DNA of 64,000 bases from an uncultured Clostridia bacterium (GCA_964403285.1 CAYOFG010000001.1:22183-86182), one strand, 5' to 3'; positions 1-10,194 are shown, numbered from the stretch's first letter. The notes: a model not told the origin generated them from the sequence alone. Translations and numbers: made by a program.

Positions 1-220
1 TATAAAGCCAGGTAGAAAAAGAGGATTCCCCTTTGAAACTACCTCCCTTAGTATAAACTTTAAGGAAAACTTCCTGAGCAATATCATCTGCTTCTTGAGT
101 ATTACCAATAATGGAATAAATTGTGTTAAAAACAGTAATTTTATACTTCCTGACCAGAAATTCAAATGCATGCTGGTCGCCCTTTTTAAACTTGCCAAGA
201 AGTTCCAAATCTTCTTCCAT
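1..220 (-). CDS. ECF-type RNA polymerase sigma-70 factor, N-terminal ~73 aa only (gene runs off the window start)
   Basis: The reverse complement from ATG at ~218-220 reads MEEDLELLGKFKKGDQHAFEFLVRKYKITVFNTIYSIIGNTQEADDIAQEVFLKVYTKGGSFKGESSFSTWLY. This is the sigma-70 region 2 signature of ECF sigma factors (DAEDltQEvFLKvy...F.GeS.fSTWLy). It is absent from the ORF track because it is truncated by the window edge. Confidence 0.55.
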   Translation of the reverse strand, partial: MEEDLELLGKFKKGDQHAFEFLVRKYKITVFNTIYSIIGNTQEADDIAQEVFLKVYTKGGSFKGESSFSTWLY

Positions 221-385
221 TGAGTCTGCACCTTTCTACACCTCTATTATTTAGACGATAGAGGCGAGCGAAATGTTACACCTTCCGGTATTTTTTATAC
301 CAAAAAGCACTACGGGACGCTTTAAGCACAGGTGGATGCTTGAGGCATAGGTAGATGCCTGAGGAAGAGCGGTATGTCTAATATC

Positions 386-1435
386 TTATAATTTATCTGT
401 TATTTTAAAAAATGTCTGGACAACCTGAGGGTCAAATTGAGTGCCTGAGTTTTCCTTAATCTCTTCAATCGCCTCTTGTTTAGTAAGGGGTTTTTCTCGA
501 TAGGGTCGCTCAGAAATCATCGCATCATAAGCATCTGCCACTGCCATTATCCTTGCACCTAAGTTAATGGCTTCTCCTTTTACACCATAAGGGTAACCTT
601 TGCCATCATATCTCTCATGATGCTGCTGAATCAATTTAATAGCCCCTTTCAAGAACGTTAATGGTTCTAAAATCTCCGCTCCTTTTAGCGAATGAAGTCT
701 CACTTCTTCCCATTCTTGAGCAGTTAATTTTCCCGGTTTAGTCAAAACATAATCATGAATGCCAATTTTACCCAAATCATGAAGCCCGCAGGCTTGCCTT
801 ATTTCATCGATCTCTTCGGCTGTTAAATTCATTTCCTGAGCAATCATTACTGCGTATTTGGTTACATTTACTGAGTGGCTATGAGTATAGTGATCTCGGG
901 CATCAATTGCTTGAGCCAAAGCTTTGATTGTGCGTAGATAAGTTGCTTGTAATTCTTCATAGAGGTTGCTTAAATCTCTGGTCCTTTGTTCAACCTTATC
1001 TTCCAATTCTTGATTCATCTTGCCGATTATTTGATTGTGTTTTTCCTTTTCTTTCTCCAATCGGTAAATCCTTAAATTTCGCTCTACACTATGCAAAAAC
1101 TGTTCCCTCTTAAAGGGCTTGTAGATATAATCGTCTACCCCTAGTCTCAGTGCCCTTACGGGAGCTTGTTCATCGGCATAGCCAGTTATTATGATAACTA
1201 TACTCTTTACCTCAGGCCTAATCCCCTTTATCTTCGCTACTGCCTCTATACCATCCATGCCCCCTGGTAGTCTAACATCAGCAACGATAAGCTCAAAGAA
1301 GGTTTTTTTCGCTGCCTCAATGGCCTGGAGACCATCGCTGGCACTAGCCACCACATAGCCCTCCCTCTCTAACATAAGAGTTAAAGCCTTGCAAAAAGAC
1401 TCATCATCCTCTATGATCAGAATGTGCTCTTTCAT
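386..1435 (-). CDS. Response regulator with REC receiver plus canonical HD-GYP c-di-GMP phosphodiesterase domain (RpfG-like)
   Basis: The true start is probably the internal MKEHILIIEDDESF, preceded by a GGAGGTAG RBS; the 34 residues upstream in the ORF track look like an extension. The REC domain shows DVRLPGGMDGIE. The HD-GYP motifs DHYTHSHSVNV, LHDLGK, HHERYDGKGYP, DAYDAMISERPY and GTQFDP are all intact. Confidence 0.8.
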   Translation of the reverse strand: MKEHILIIEDDESFCKALTLMLEREGYVVASASDGLQAIEAAKKTFFELIVADVRLPGGMDGIEAVAKIKGIRPEVKSIVIIITGYADEQAPVRALRLGVDDYIYKPFKREQFLHSVERNLRIYRLEKEKEKHNQIIGKMNQELEDKVEQRTRDLSNLYEELQATYLRTIKALAQAIDARDHYTHSHSVNVTKYAVMIAQEMNLTAEEIDEIRQACGLHDLGKIGIHDYVLTKPGKLTAQEWEEVRLHSLKGAEILEPLTFLKGAIKLIQQHHERYDGKGYPYGVKGEAINLGARIMAVADAYDAMISERPYREKPLTKQEAIEEIKENSGTQFDPQVVQTFFKITDKL

Positions 1436-1748
1436 TATAATTCTACCTCCTTTTTCTGTAGTGTAGCCCTTTATGGGCGTATGTTTTATGTGGTAGTATA
1501 GCCCTTTATGGGCGTCCCGATTTATCACGACGGGCATAAAGCCCTACACTACCGAGCGACTCCGAAAACTATCCTAACCTCTTAACATTCCGAGGATGAA
1601 GGGATAGTTACAGGAGCTTCAAATCCGCTAGGTTTTGCCCCAGCGCTGGCGGATTTAGAGCGAGGTTTTACTAACCGAGCGACTCCGAAAACTATCCCTT
1701 CATCCTCTCTTTTTCTAAGATGCTCTAAAAGTTTAGGCACTCTTCTGG
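1436..1748. repeat. Structured, repeat-rich intergenic spacer between the histidine kinase and response regulator
   Basis: A direct repeat (g)tgtagccctttatgggcgt occurs twice (~1461-1480 and ~1495-1515). A variant gggcataaagccctacact follows. The 25-nt unit (t)accgagcgactccgaaaactatcc occurs twice (~1551-1575 and ~1672-1698). An 18-nt sequence gaggatgaagggatagtt (~1592-1609) is perfectly complementary to aactatcccttcatcctc (~1690-1707). An 8-bp helix aaatccgc/gcggattt lies between them. Confidence 0.6.
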
Positions 1749-4160
1749 CTAAATAGAGACTCCCCGTTTTTTCACCGGCATCCTTATGATAAAGGTAGAC
1801 CCTTTTTGCGGCTTTGAGGAGACTTCAATACTACCCTTATGATTCTCAACAATTCTATATACGATAGAAAGTCCCAGACCTGTACCTCTACCAACATCCT
1901 TGGTGGTAAAAAAGGGATCAAATATTTTCCCGATATGCTCCTCAGGTATACCTTTACCATCATCTTTTATTTGCACTACTGCAAAGTCACCTTCTTGATA
2001 GCTCTTTATCGTTATAGTGCCAGATTCTTTAATAGATTTTATTGCCTCTTTAGCATTGATCATTAAATTGGTAAAGACTTGCATCAATTCATTAAAATTC
2101 CCCTCAATTGATGATACCTTCCCTTGCTGTTTGCGGAGATAAATCTTATCCTGGCGCAATTGATATTCTAAAAAGGCATAAGCCCTATCAATAACCCGAT
2201 TCAAATCCAATTCCTCAAAGTTAGCACCGCTTTTCCTTGAGTATTGGAGTAACATCTCTACAATCTCCTTACACCGCCGTGTGCCTTCTTCGATTTCCTG
2301 CAGCATTTTTCTATATGGTTTTGCCTCTATTTCCCTGAGCAGCATCTCTGCATTCAGCAAAATAGAACCTAAGGGAGTGTTGATTTCATGAGCTACCCCG
2401 CCGGCTAACACACCTACAGTGGCCATCTTCTCTGACTGAATTAACTGCGTCTCAGTAGCTTTTAATTTTTTTTGCACACCGTTATGCAAACGGGCATTTA
2501 CCAAGGCTATTGATGCATATTCAGCCAATGATTCCACTAAAGTCAAATCACCAGAAGTAAAAGCATCTACGAGAGATTGTCTGTCGATATAGATTAAGCC
2601 AATAATCTTATTTTTCTCCTCTTTTAAAGGAACACAAACTACTGAGCGGATATCCAGGGCTAAGACACTTTCTGCATTTGCAAAATGGGAGTCATTTTGG
2701 ACATCGGTAACCCAAATTGGTCTCTGCGTCTCCAGGACTTTCTCAGTAATGGTCCGGCTAAAATTTTTGAAAAAAGCGTTTTTCTTTTCATCAAATTTTT
2801 CTTTTGTCCGAATTACCTGGGAATAAGGCTTTCCTGCTTCATCCAGCAGAATAAGAAATCCACGATCAGCATTAGTCACCTTCATTATATACTCAATAAT
2901 ATTGTTTAAAACTGCATTTAAATCCAAATTACTGACTACCAGTTTCATAAATTCATCCAGTATTTCTATTTGTTGGCGTAGTGATGAAGGTGGTTTTTGA
3001 GTTATCTCTGAAGTTATGGATTTCTTCTGCCTCTCCTTCAGAACCTGGCGAGCTTCATTGGCTCGAGATAATTGGAACTGGTTATCAATGATAATAAATT
3101 TAGCCGAGGCCTCTTCTAAGGCTATGGTTGCCTGTTCAAAGTCTTTTAATTCCATATAAAACTTGCCTAACTTTAACTGCGTTATCCCTTCTTCTAAAAG
3201 ATTCCCTTGGGACTGGGCTATCTTAATACCTTGTCTAAAATACCCTTCTGCTCTTTCCAATTGCTTCTCTTTTTGAGCCACCAACCCCTGTAACCTCATT
3301 AGATGGATATGATAATAAGAATCCGGCAATTCTAATTCCGTTTCCAGTCTTTGTTGGGTTTCCTGCAAATACTCTTTGGCTTCGGTTATTTTATCCTGTT
3401 CTAAAAAGACCTCTCCTGTATTATAAAGAGCGGGAATCAATTGTTCCACTTTTTTCTCCCGTCCCAAGGAAACAGCTTTCTCAAGATACGATAATGCCTC
3501 TTCTATTCTTTTTAATTCAAAGGCTGCCTTTCCTAACAACACGTTCCCCTGGACCTGCAAGTTTATATATCCTAACTTAGTAGCCAATTCTAACAACCTA
3601 CTTGCCCATTCCTGGGCTGACTTAAAATCTCCCCGATTCAAGGCATCCCCATCCAAAACGGGCAGAATAGAGACTTCATAGGTTGACGGCTCTTTCAGCT
3701 TTTCCAGACAACTAAAAATCAGGCCTTGCACCTCTTGAACCTGGTGTGTCCTTCCACAAATACCCGAGTAGTCGAGTTTACATTTATTAATCCAGAAGAC
3801 TATATCAGTAAAATCATTTTCCTGTGCTATTTGGTTAGCCTTTTCTAAATATCGACCTTCACCTTTTCTCCCGAATCGACAAAAAGCCTGCTGGTAAAGA
3901 CAACCAGCCATTGCATAAACCCACCAGAATTCCTTATCTCGTTCCCTTTTTCTCTGTTCACAAAGCTCTATCACCTTTTTCATCTGTCCAGAACAGGTCG
4001 TCCCCAACCCATGGTCAAGTAAATCAGGAGCTTGCTTTATCAAATTTTTACAATACGCCAGAAACTTTTTATTTGATCTCCGGATGGCTTTCTTTCCCAA
4101 AAAAGCCACTATCCCTTTTAGCCCCATTCTTGCACTAACTAAATTCTTATCTTTTTTCAT
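1749..4160 (-). CDS. Sensor histidine kinase with N-terminal TPR-like repeats, GAF domain, HisKA and HATPase_c
   Basis: The TPR-like region includes [12 protein letters not shown] and [16 protein letters not shown]. The GAF region includes [19 protein letters not shown]. The HisKA H-box is [10 protein letters not shown]. The HATPase segment includes [11 protein letters not shown]...[11 protein letters not shown]. Confidence 0.8.
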   Translation of the reverse strand: MKKDKNLVSARMGLKGIVAFLGKKAIRRSNKKFLAYCKNLIKQAPDLLDHGLGTTCSGQMKKVIELCEQRKRERDKEFWWVYAMAGCLYQQAFCRFGRKGEGRYLEKANQIAQENDFTDIVFWINKCKLDYSGICGRTHQVQEVQGLIFSCLEKLKEPSTYEVSILPVLDGDALNRGDFKSAQEWASRLLELATKLGYINLQVQGNVLLGKAAFELKRIEEALSYLEKAVSLGREKKVEQLIPALYNTGEVFLEQDKITEAKEYLQETQQRLETELELPDSYYHIHLMRLQGLVAQKEKQLERAEGYFRQGIKIAQSQGNLLEEGITQLKLGKFYMELKDFEQATIALEEASAKFIIIDNQFQLSRANEARQVLKERQKKSITSEITQKPPSSLRQQIEILDEFMKLVVSNLDLNAVLNNIIEYIMKVTNADRGFLILLDEAGKPYSQVIRTKEKFDEKKNAFFKNFSRTITEKVLETQRPIWVTDVQNDSHFANAESVLALDIRSVVCVPLKEEKNKIIGLIYIDRQSLVDAFTSGDLTLVESLAEYASIALVNARLHNGVQKKLKATETQLIQSEKMATVGVLAGGVAHEINTPLGSILLNAEMLLREIEAKPYRKMLQEIEEGTRRCKEIVEMLLQYSRKSGANFEELDLNRVIDRAYAFLEYQLRQDKIYLRKQQGKVSSIEGNFNELMQVFTNLMINAKEAIKSIKESGTITIKSYQEGDFAVVQIKDDGKGIPEEHIGKIFDPFFTTKDVGRGTGLGLSIVYRIVENHKGSIEVSSKPQKGSTFIIRMPVKKRGVSI

Positions 4161-4554
4161 ATCGATTCAAAAACTTTCTCAGTAAAATCACATCTTTTTT
4201 ACTTAACTCTACAAAACAGACTCCTGTGCGAAAGATGTCTTTATGCTCCTTTGAAATTGGTTGGCTATAAGCCACCTGTGCTTTTACGTTAACAAATTTG
4301 GATTTAGCAGATTTCACACTCTTATCTTTAGGAGGAAACCCAATTTGGAGATTCATAACTAAGGGGGGTTTATTGCTACCAACAAAACCGATGCCTCGCG
4401 TGCTAATATCCTTAGTTATTGTCTTTATCTTTAGTTGCTTCTTAAATGGAGGTATGGTGATATTATAAATTACTGGGAGAGACATGGCAAATCTACGCGA
4501 GGCTCTCTTTTCAACATTCTTCTGTTTGTTTTTCATAGCCCTCTCCTTTTTCAT
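4147..4554 (-). CDS. PilZ domain protein (c-di-GMP receptor)
   Basis: The RxxxR motif (ASRRFAMSL) and D.S..G motif (KDISTRGIGFV) of PilZ are present. I chose the internal start MKKERAM, which has an AAGGA/AGGAGAG RBS and avoids a 19-nt overlap with the upstream gene. Confidence 0.6.
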   Translation of the reverse strand: MKKERAMKNKQKNVEKRASRRFAMSLPVIYNITIPPFKKQLKIKTITKDISTRGIGFVGSNKPPLVMNLQIGFPPKDKSVKSAKSKFVNVKAQVAYSQPISKEHKDIFRTGVCFVELSKKDVILLRKFLNRYEKR

Positions 4555-4574
4555 TCTGTTTCCTTTCTCAAACT

Positions 4575-4952
4575 TTATAACCAATGTTTCCAATCTAATT
4601 TAGCAATCGTGTCCTTTACAAATTTTCTTATCACTTCCCTATCTTTCTTTTTTAACTCGAGAAATCCAACACCACATCTGTAAGGAGGATAATCATCCCA
4701 ATAATTATCCGAAACATATATCACCTGGCCTAAACTACTTATGGTAACATGAGGCAAAGGCAAGGTTATCTCTAGTTCTAATATTGTTCCAGCATCCAAT
4801 TTCTTCGATATCTTCATCATTATTCCACCCTCGCCAATATTTACACTAACTGCTTTTATTGGCGGGGACTCGGAATCCTTAATCTTGTATTGCACGCCAA
4901 AATCTGTTCTTACCCTAGAGAACCTTCTTCTCTCTTTTACCATTTTAACCAC
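4575..4952 (-). CDS. PilZ domain protein (c-di-GMP receptor)
   Basis: The motifs RRRFSRVR (RxxxR) and VNIGEGGIMM (D/N.S.GG) are typical of the PilZ fold. Confidence 0.6.
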   Translation of the reverse strand: MVKMVKERRRFSRVRTDFGVQYKIKDSESPPIKAVSVNIGEGGIMMKISKKLDAGTILELEITLPLPHVTISSLGQVIYVSDNYWDDYPPYRCGVGFLELKKKDREVIRKFVKDTIAKLDWKHWL

Positions 4953-5144
4953 CTCTTTGATAAAGCAAAACTTCTTATCTTATTTTTAAAATAGACTCCT
5001 CTCAAAATCTTATCCTTCTCATCACTCTATCTTTTGATTCAACCCAGCTATTGGCGAATGCCCAGGAATTTTACGGGAACATCTACCCAAAGGTGTTAGG
5101 CCGCCTTCTGTCTTGTTCTATAATATCCATAGAACAAATTCACC

Positions 5145-5891
5145 TTATAAATCTTGGTTAACGATAATAGTAGCGTTTAAATATGCCTGTTTCATTGAAT
5201 TAGTGAATTTCAAGAATAATCCAGAAGGTTGGCTTAAATCAAAATACATTAGTGAACAGATGTCATCAAACTCAAAGAAGGGCTCAAGTGGTTTTTTTTC
5301 ATCAATATGTTCAACCTGCGAAAATCCCAATTTTTCATAAATCTGACCTGTTTTATATTTATTCCCTTGTATAATGAACGCATCGTTTACTTTGCTTTCT
5401 AAATAATAAGAATATGCTACCGTAAATAAACCCAAACTAACTTTACTTTTTGGATTACGGAATCTTCGATATTCTTCCGCAACAATTAGCCTTGATAGCT
5501 CTATAACTTTTCGGCCTCTGTTACCAAGGTCGTGTAGAATTGCATGGAATGTTTGGGCATGTTTTTCTAAATCTAATTTTTGCAGAAAATTCTCTATTTC
5601 GCCATCATAGTAAAGACCATTTTCTGATAGTACTGTTACTCTAACCCCACCTATCACTTTGCTATTATCCACTGCTATAATATGCATAGAGATGGAGTCC
5701 CATTTTTCTTCAAATCTGCCATCACTTGTGAGAATTTCTTTTGAATAGAGCCCCTCTTCTATATATACTTTGCCCCGTAATATGCACAATTCGTCTAAGT
5801 ATTTTTTCCATAAGCCTGAGTCTCTTATGATTTTCATACCGCCTTGAATAAATTTAGGAAGAGCTGGGTCTAAAATTATAAATTCTACCAT
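5145..5891 (-). CDS. GNAT-fold acyltransferase-like protein (autoinducer-synthase / N-acyl amino acid synthase-like), function uncertain
   Basis: This is a 248 aa protein. The segment ISMHIIAVDNSKVIGGVRV...GRKVIELSRLIVAEEYRR resembles the acyl-CoA/ACP-dependent N-acyltransferase fold. The assignment comes only from visual motif similarity. Confidence 0.3.
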   Translation of the reverse strand: MVEFIILDPALPKFIQGGMKIIRDSGLWKKYLDELCILRGKVYIEEGLYSKEILTSDGRFEEKWDSISMHIIAVDNSKVIGGVRVTVLSENGLYYDGEIENFLQKLDLEKHAQTFHAILHDLGNRGRKVIELSRLIVAEEYRRFRNPKSKVSLGLFTVAYSYYLESKVNDAFIIQGNKYKTGQIYEKLGFSQVEHIDEKKPLEPFFEFDDICSLMYFDLSQPSGLFLKFTNSMKQAYLNATIIVNQDL

Positions 5892-6020
5892 TTCATCTCA
5901 CCGATTTATAGCTCGTATGAGCTAAACCAATAATTACATTAGAATAACATTTTTATATAACCGTTTCAACTCTTTTCTATAGGTAGCTGTATTTTCCCTT
6001 AGATTAGGCAAAATTTTTGG

Positions 6021-8318
6021 CTATTCTTGCTTTCCCTCATTAAGAATCTTAATAAATATATCTACTATATGAGGATCAAATTGTTTTCCTGCACCAGCCA
6101 GAAGCTCTTTTCTTGTTTCTTCTAATGTGAGAGCTTTTCGAAAAAGCCGTTTACTTGTCATAGCTTGATATGCATCCACAACAGCAATTATTCTTGATTC
6201 CAGGGGTATTTCTTCACCTTTTAAACCTTCTAGATAACCTTTTCCATCCCAACGCTCATGATGATAATATACTATATTTGCCATATTTGTAAAATTTTCA
6301 ATTTTTTCAGCAACTTTTTTACTGAAAGTAACATGTGTTTTAATTGTATCCCACTCTTCATTCGTTAATGAACCTGGTTTCGTTAATATATCAACAGGTA
6401 AATAAATTTTGCCAACATCATAAATTAACGCAGCTGTTTCAAGTTCATCTAATTGTCTCTCAGATAAATTTAGCCTCTCTCCAATCTTTCTCGCTAGTTG
6501 TGCATTTTTCACATAGTGGAGACGAGCATACCCTACAATTTCTGTAAGTTTTGTTACTGATTCTATTATAGTTGCTAATGTATCCTTTACTCCTTGCAGC
6601 TGATAAAGTGTATGATAGAGCCCCTTCTTTTCCATTAGTTCCCTATGTGTCCCAATCTCTCTACTCTTACCCTTGTGAAGAACAACGATTTTGTCTGTAT
6701 CAGTAACAGTAGAAAGATGGTGAGCAATAATAATGGTAGTTCTTTTCCTTTTTATTCTTTTCAGAGTATTCCTAATCTCAGTTGTTGTTTCTGCATCAAC
6801 ATTTGCGGTAGCTTCATCAAGAATTATAATTTGGGGATTGAACACACAAGCTCGAGCAAAAGATATTAACTGTTTTTGACCAGTAGATAACTTCGCACCT
6901 GCTTCATACACATTTTCTTTGTAGCCATTTGGAAGCTGGCTTATAAATTTATCAGCCCCGACATAAGTAGCTGCTCTATGGATTTGCTCGCTATCTATTT
7001 TTAAATTTCCCAACCTTATATTATCTTCAATGTTTCCTGAAAACAAAAAAGGCTCCTGTGGAATTATTCCTATTAACGAACGAAGTTGGCTTTTTTGAAT
7101 ATTTCGAATATTAATGCCATCAATTAAAATTTCTCCTTTATTTATTTCGTAAAATCCAGCCAAGAGGTTAATTATCGTTGTTTTACCTGCTCCAGTATAA
7201 CCTACAATACCGATCTGTTCGCCTTTTCGAATTTCAAGATTAAAATTTTCTAACACAAAATTATCATTATTATAAGCAAACCATACATTCTTGAATTCTA
7301 TTTTTCCCTTAAATTCTGGCAAATCAACCTTACCTTGAGGTCTTTCAACCTCAACTTTAGTATCTAACAATCCAAAAATTCTTTCCAAGGAGGCTGTGGC
7401 AGTCTGAAGAACTTTGTTTCCATGTATCAGCTTTTCTATTATACCAAAAAATAAACTCATCGACCCCACGAAGACAAGCAATGCTCCTAAACTTAAAGTT
7501 CCTCTCAGCACTTCTCTTCCTCCATACCATAGGATAAAGCACATAACCATTGCCTTAAAGACCATTGCTATTGGAGAAGTAAGGTTAAGATAAAAAAGAG
7601 AGTGCATACTTGTGTCTGTGTACTTTTTATTTAAATAATTTAATTTATCACTTTGCTTTTTTTCTTGATGAAAAATCTTTATCAAAGAAATACCAGTTAT
7701 ATTTTCTTGAAGAAAAGAACTGATTTGACCGAACCAAGACCTCTTTTCCCTTGTTATTTCTCTATTTTTCTTATTTATCAATAAGACACAAAATCCGAAT
7801 ACAAAAAGTAATATACACGTCATCAAGGTAAGTTGATGATTTTGATAAAATAAGTACCCTGTAATTCCAAAGAAAAAAAGTATATTACCAAAGATATTAA
7901 TGACCGACTCATTTACTACCTGTTTTAAAAGCTGAACATCATTTGTAGCTATGGCCATTAGTTTTCCTATAGGATTCTTATCAAAAAATGACAGGTCCAT
8001 CCTTTGAAGATGAGAAAAGATTTCCATCCTGAGATTAAACATCACATTTTGTCCAATATAACTAGCGAGATAACCCTCCAAGAATCTAAAAATGAGTAAT
8101 AAACAAAGTACAAAAAAATAAATTAAGACTACACCTTTAATCAATCCTAAGAAGTTGTTCTTTAGAACATAAACATCTATAGCTGTTCGTAATAGGTGTA
8201 ATTGAAAAATTCCTAAAAATGCTATACCTGCCTGAAGAAATATAGACACGAGAATAAGAAAACGATAAGGGACCAAATATTTAATAAAATATCTTATTAT
8301 AGACCTTTTATTAGTCAT
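6021..8318 (-). CDS. ABC exporter half-transporter (TMD plus NBD) fused to a C-terminal degenerate HD-GYP domain
   Basis: There are six predicted TM helices. Walker A is GYTGAGKTT. The ABC signature is noncanonical, LSTGQKQL. Walker B is IIILDEATANVD. The C-terminal 190 aa align to HD-GYP but are degenerate: LHYVKNAQLA replaces the GHSxRV region, ALIYDVGK replaces LHDIGK (His to Tyr), HHERWDGKGYL replaces GYP, DAYQAMTSKRLF deviates, and GKQFDP is retained. Confidence 0.75.
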   Translation of the reverse strand: MTNKRSIIRYFIKYLVPYRFLILVSIFLQAGIAFLGIFQLHLLRTAIDVYVLKNNFLGLIKGVVLIYFFVLCLLLIFRFLEGYLASYIGQNVMFNLRMEIFSHLQRMDLSFFDKNPIGKLMAIATNDVQLLKQVVNESVINIFGNILFFFGITGYLFYQNHQLTLMTCILLFVFGFCVLLINKKNREITREKRSWFGQISSFLQENITGISLIKIFHQEKKQSDKLNYLNKKYTDTSMHSLFYLNLTSPIAMVFKAMVMCFILWYGGREVLRGTLSLGALLVFVGSMSLFFGIIEKLIHGNKVLQTATASLERIFGLLDTKVEVERPQGKVDLPEFKGKIEFKNVWFAYNNDNFVLENFNLEIRKGEQIGIVGYTGAGKTTIINLLAGFYEINKGEILIDGINIRNIQKSQLRSLIGIIPQEPFLFSGNIEDNIRLGNLKIDSEQIHRAATYVGADKFISQLPNGYKENVYEAGAKLSTGQKQLISFARACVFNPQIIILDEATANVDAETTTEIRNTLKRIKRKRTTIIIAHHLSTVTDTDKIVVLHKGKSREIGTHRELMEKKGLYHTLYQLQGVKDTLATIIESVTKLTEIVGYARLHYVKNAQLARKIGERLNLSERQLDELETAALIYDVGKIYLPVDILTKPGSLTNEEWDTIKTHVTFSKKVAEKIENFTNMANIVYYHHERWDGKGYLEGLKGEEIPLESRIIAVVDAYQAMTSKRLFRKALTLEETRKELLAGAGKQFDPHIVDIFIKILNEGKQE

Positions 8319-8367
8319 AACCTATACCTTTTTACTTAAAATTGGCTTACCTTGAGATTCTCGTAAG

Positions 8368-10194
8368 TTATACCGTCATAAGTTCCTCTTCTAAAAGTTC
8401 TCTCTTATAAAATGCAGAGTAATACCCTTCTCTCTTGAGTAACTCATTATGCACTCCAGTTTCTACAATCTGCCCATTGATAAGGACTACCATAAGATCA
8501 GCGTTCTTAATTGTGGATATTCTATTAGAGACAAAAATGATGGTGCAATTTTCCATTTCTCTGGTTAAATTTTTCAATATCTCTTTTTCGGTACCAACAT
8601 CTACCTGCGAGAGTGCATTGTCAAGTAATAAAATTTTTGGCTTAATAATTATTGCCCGGGCAATGGCTATCCTTTGTTTTTGTCCTCCGGAAAGAGTGAC
8701 CCCTCTTTCTCCAACCAAGGTTTCATACCCTTGAGGAAATTCATCTATATCTTTCTTGATATCAGCAATAATAGAAACTCTATCCAAAATCTCCTGGCTT
8801 ACTTGGGGTACCCCAAAACAGATATTTTCTTTTATACTTCCCGAAAACAAGAAAGACTCCTGAGGAACATAACCAATATTCGATCTCAAAATCTTTAAGG
8901 GAATCTCTTCGATAGGTTGGTTGTCAATAAAAATCGTTCCTTCCGGCCCATTATATAAACGAGCGATTAAATTAATTAATGTTGATTTGCCTGAACCAAT
9001 CTCACCAATAATTCCTATGCTCTTTCCTCTTTCGAACTTTATATTTATATTTCGAAGAATAACCTTATCTTCCAATGAAAAGGTTAAATTCTTTAATTCT
9101 ATTTCTCCCTTAATGGCGGTTATGTTCTCATTTATTCTTTTGGAATCTTCTATATCGGGCTTGTAGAGGAGTATATCGTTAATCCTCTCCATACAAGCCA
9201 AAGCTTCTTGGAAAAGATTGATTGACACACCAAGGATTAGTATAGGCCAGGTAAGATGGTTCAATTGATAGAAGAAGGCTGCAAAGTTTCCCGAGGTTAT
9301 CTTTCCAGAGATAATAAAACTGCAACCAAGCCATAGAAATATTAGCTGACTCAGACCGATAAGAAACCAGACAGACGTTCCTCCCAGTCCCCAGACTTTA
9401 TGAAGAACCATATTTTTCCTGAAATTTTCCCTGTTAATCTGTTGGTAATTATTGATTTCATTGTCTTCATTAACATATGATTTAACCACTCTTATACCAG
9501 AGAGGTTCTCTTGAACCTTGGCACTGAGGAGCCCAAAATGTTTTTGAACTATCCGTTTATGTTTAAGCACATACTTACTAAATATATATACAGAAATCGG
9601 CACGCCAACAAAGGGGATCAGTAAGTAAAAAAGTAATTCTTTCCCGATTATGTATAAATAGACAAGAGAAATTGGGGCCAAAACTAAATAATTACCCAAA
9701 GCAATGGACGCTTGAGCAAACTCATCGATGCATCTTATATCATCTCCAAGCCTCGCCATAATATCGCCAGTCTCTTGTCGGTGGTAATAAGAGAGCGAAA
9801 GATTCTGCAAGTGACAAAAGAGCCCATTCCTTAAGTCGCCTTCAATTCTCTTTGAGGTAGACATAATTAACAATTGATGGAGGTATATAAAAGGTAGACG
9901 GATAAGATTTACAAAGATATATAATAGGGCGAAAAAAAACAAAATTTTATATTTTGTATCCGTATGGAAATATTCAAAAACTTTTATCAATATATGAGGT
10001 TGGCTGTAGTTTTTGTTAAGGACATTAAAGCCGTTATTGACAATTATCGGCTCGCAAATTTGAATAAGATTGTTAAAAAGCAAGAACAAGAATCCGATAA
10101 CCAAAATCTTCCTATATTTTACGATATATTTCCTTAAAGGCTGGAGAATTGTTATCGTTTTGTTTATGCTTAAATGTTTATGGTTTTCCATCAT
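8368..10194 (-). CDS. ABC exporter half-transporter (TMD plus NBD) with a degenerate Walker B, the probable partner of 6021..8318
   Basis: Walker A is GEIGSGKST. The signature LSGGQKQRIAIARA is canonical. Walker B reads ILLLDNALSQVD, where the catalytic Glu is replaced by Asn. Together with the noncanonical signature in the neighbouring subunit, this predicts a heterodimer with one degenerate ATP site. Confidence 0.75.
   Translation of the reverse strand: MMENHKHLSINKTITILQPLRKYIVKYRKILVIGFLFLLFNNLIQICEPIIVNNGFNVLNKNYSQPHILIKVFEYFHTDTKYKILFFFALLYIFVNLIRLPFIYLHQLLIMSTSKRIEGDLRNGLFCHLQNLSLSYYHRQETGDIMARLGDDIRCIDEFAQASIALGNYLVLAPISLVYLYIIGKELLFYLLIPFVGVPISVYIFSKYVLKHKRIVQKHFGLLSAKVQENLSGIRVVKSYVNEDNEINNYQQINRENFRKNMVLHKVWGLGGTSVWFLIGLSQLIFLWLGCSFIISGKITSGNFAAFFYQLNHLTWPILILGVSINLFQEALACMERINDILLYKPDIEDSKRINENITAIKGEIELKNLTFSLEDKVILRNINIKFERGKSIGIIGEIGSGKSTLINLIARLYNGPEGTIFIDNQPIEEIPLKILRSNIGYVPQESFLFSGSIKENICFGVPQVSQEILDRVSIIADIKKDIDEFPQGYETLVGERGVTLSGGQKQRIAIARAIIIKPKILLLDNALSQVDVGTEKEILKNLTREMENCTIIFVSNRISTIKNADLMVVLINGQIVETGVHNELLKREGYYSAFYKRELLEEELMTV

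Noticed and set aside
1436-1537. N-terminal extensions in several ORF-track entries, such as the first 34 aa of 386..1537, 32 aa of 60039..60536, 18 aa of 21613..22629 and 22 aa of 42366..45494
   Set aside because: In each case an internal ATG with a good Shine-Dalgarno and a sensible protein N-terminus exists. These N-termini are a REC domain start, a prepilin leader, a MacA-type TM anchor and a helicase N-terminus. The upstream stretch is built from intergenic repeats or palindromes.
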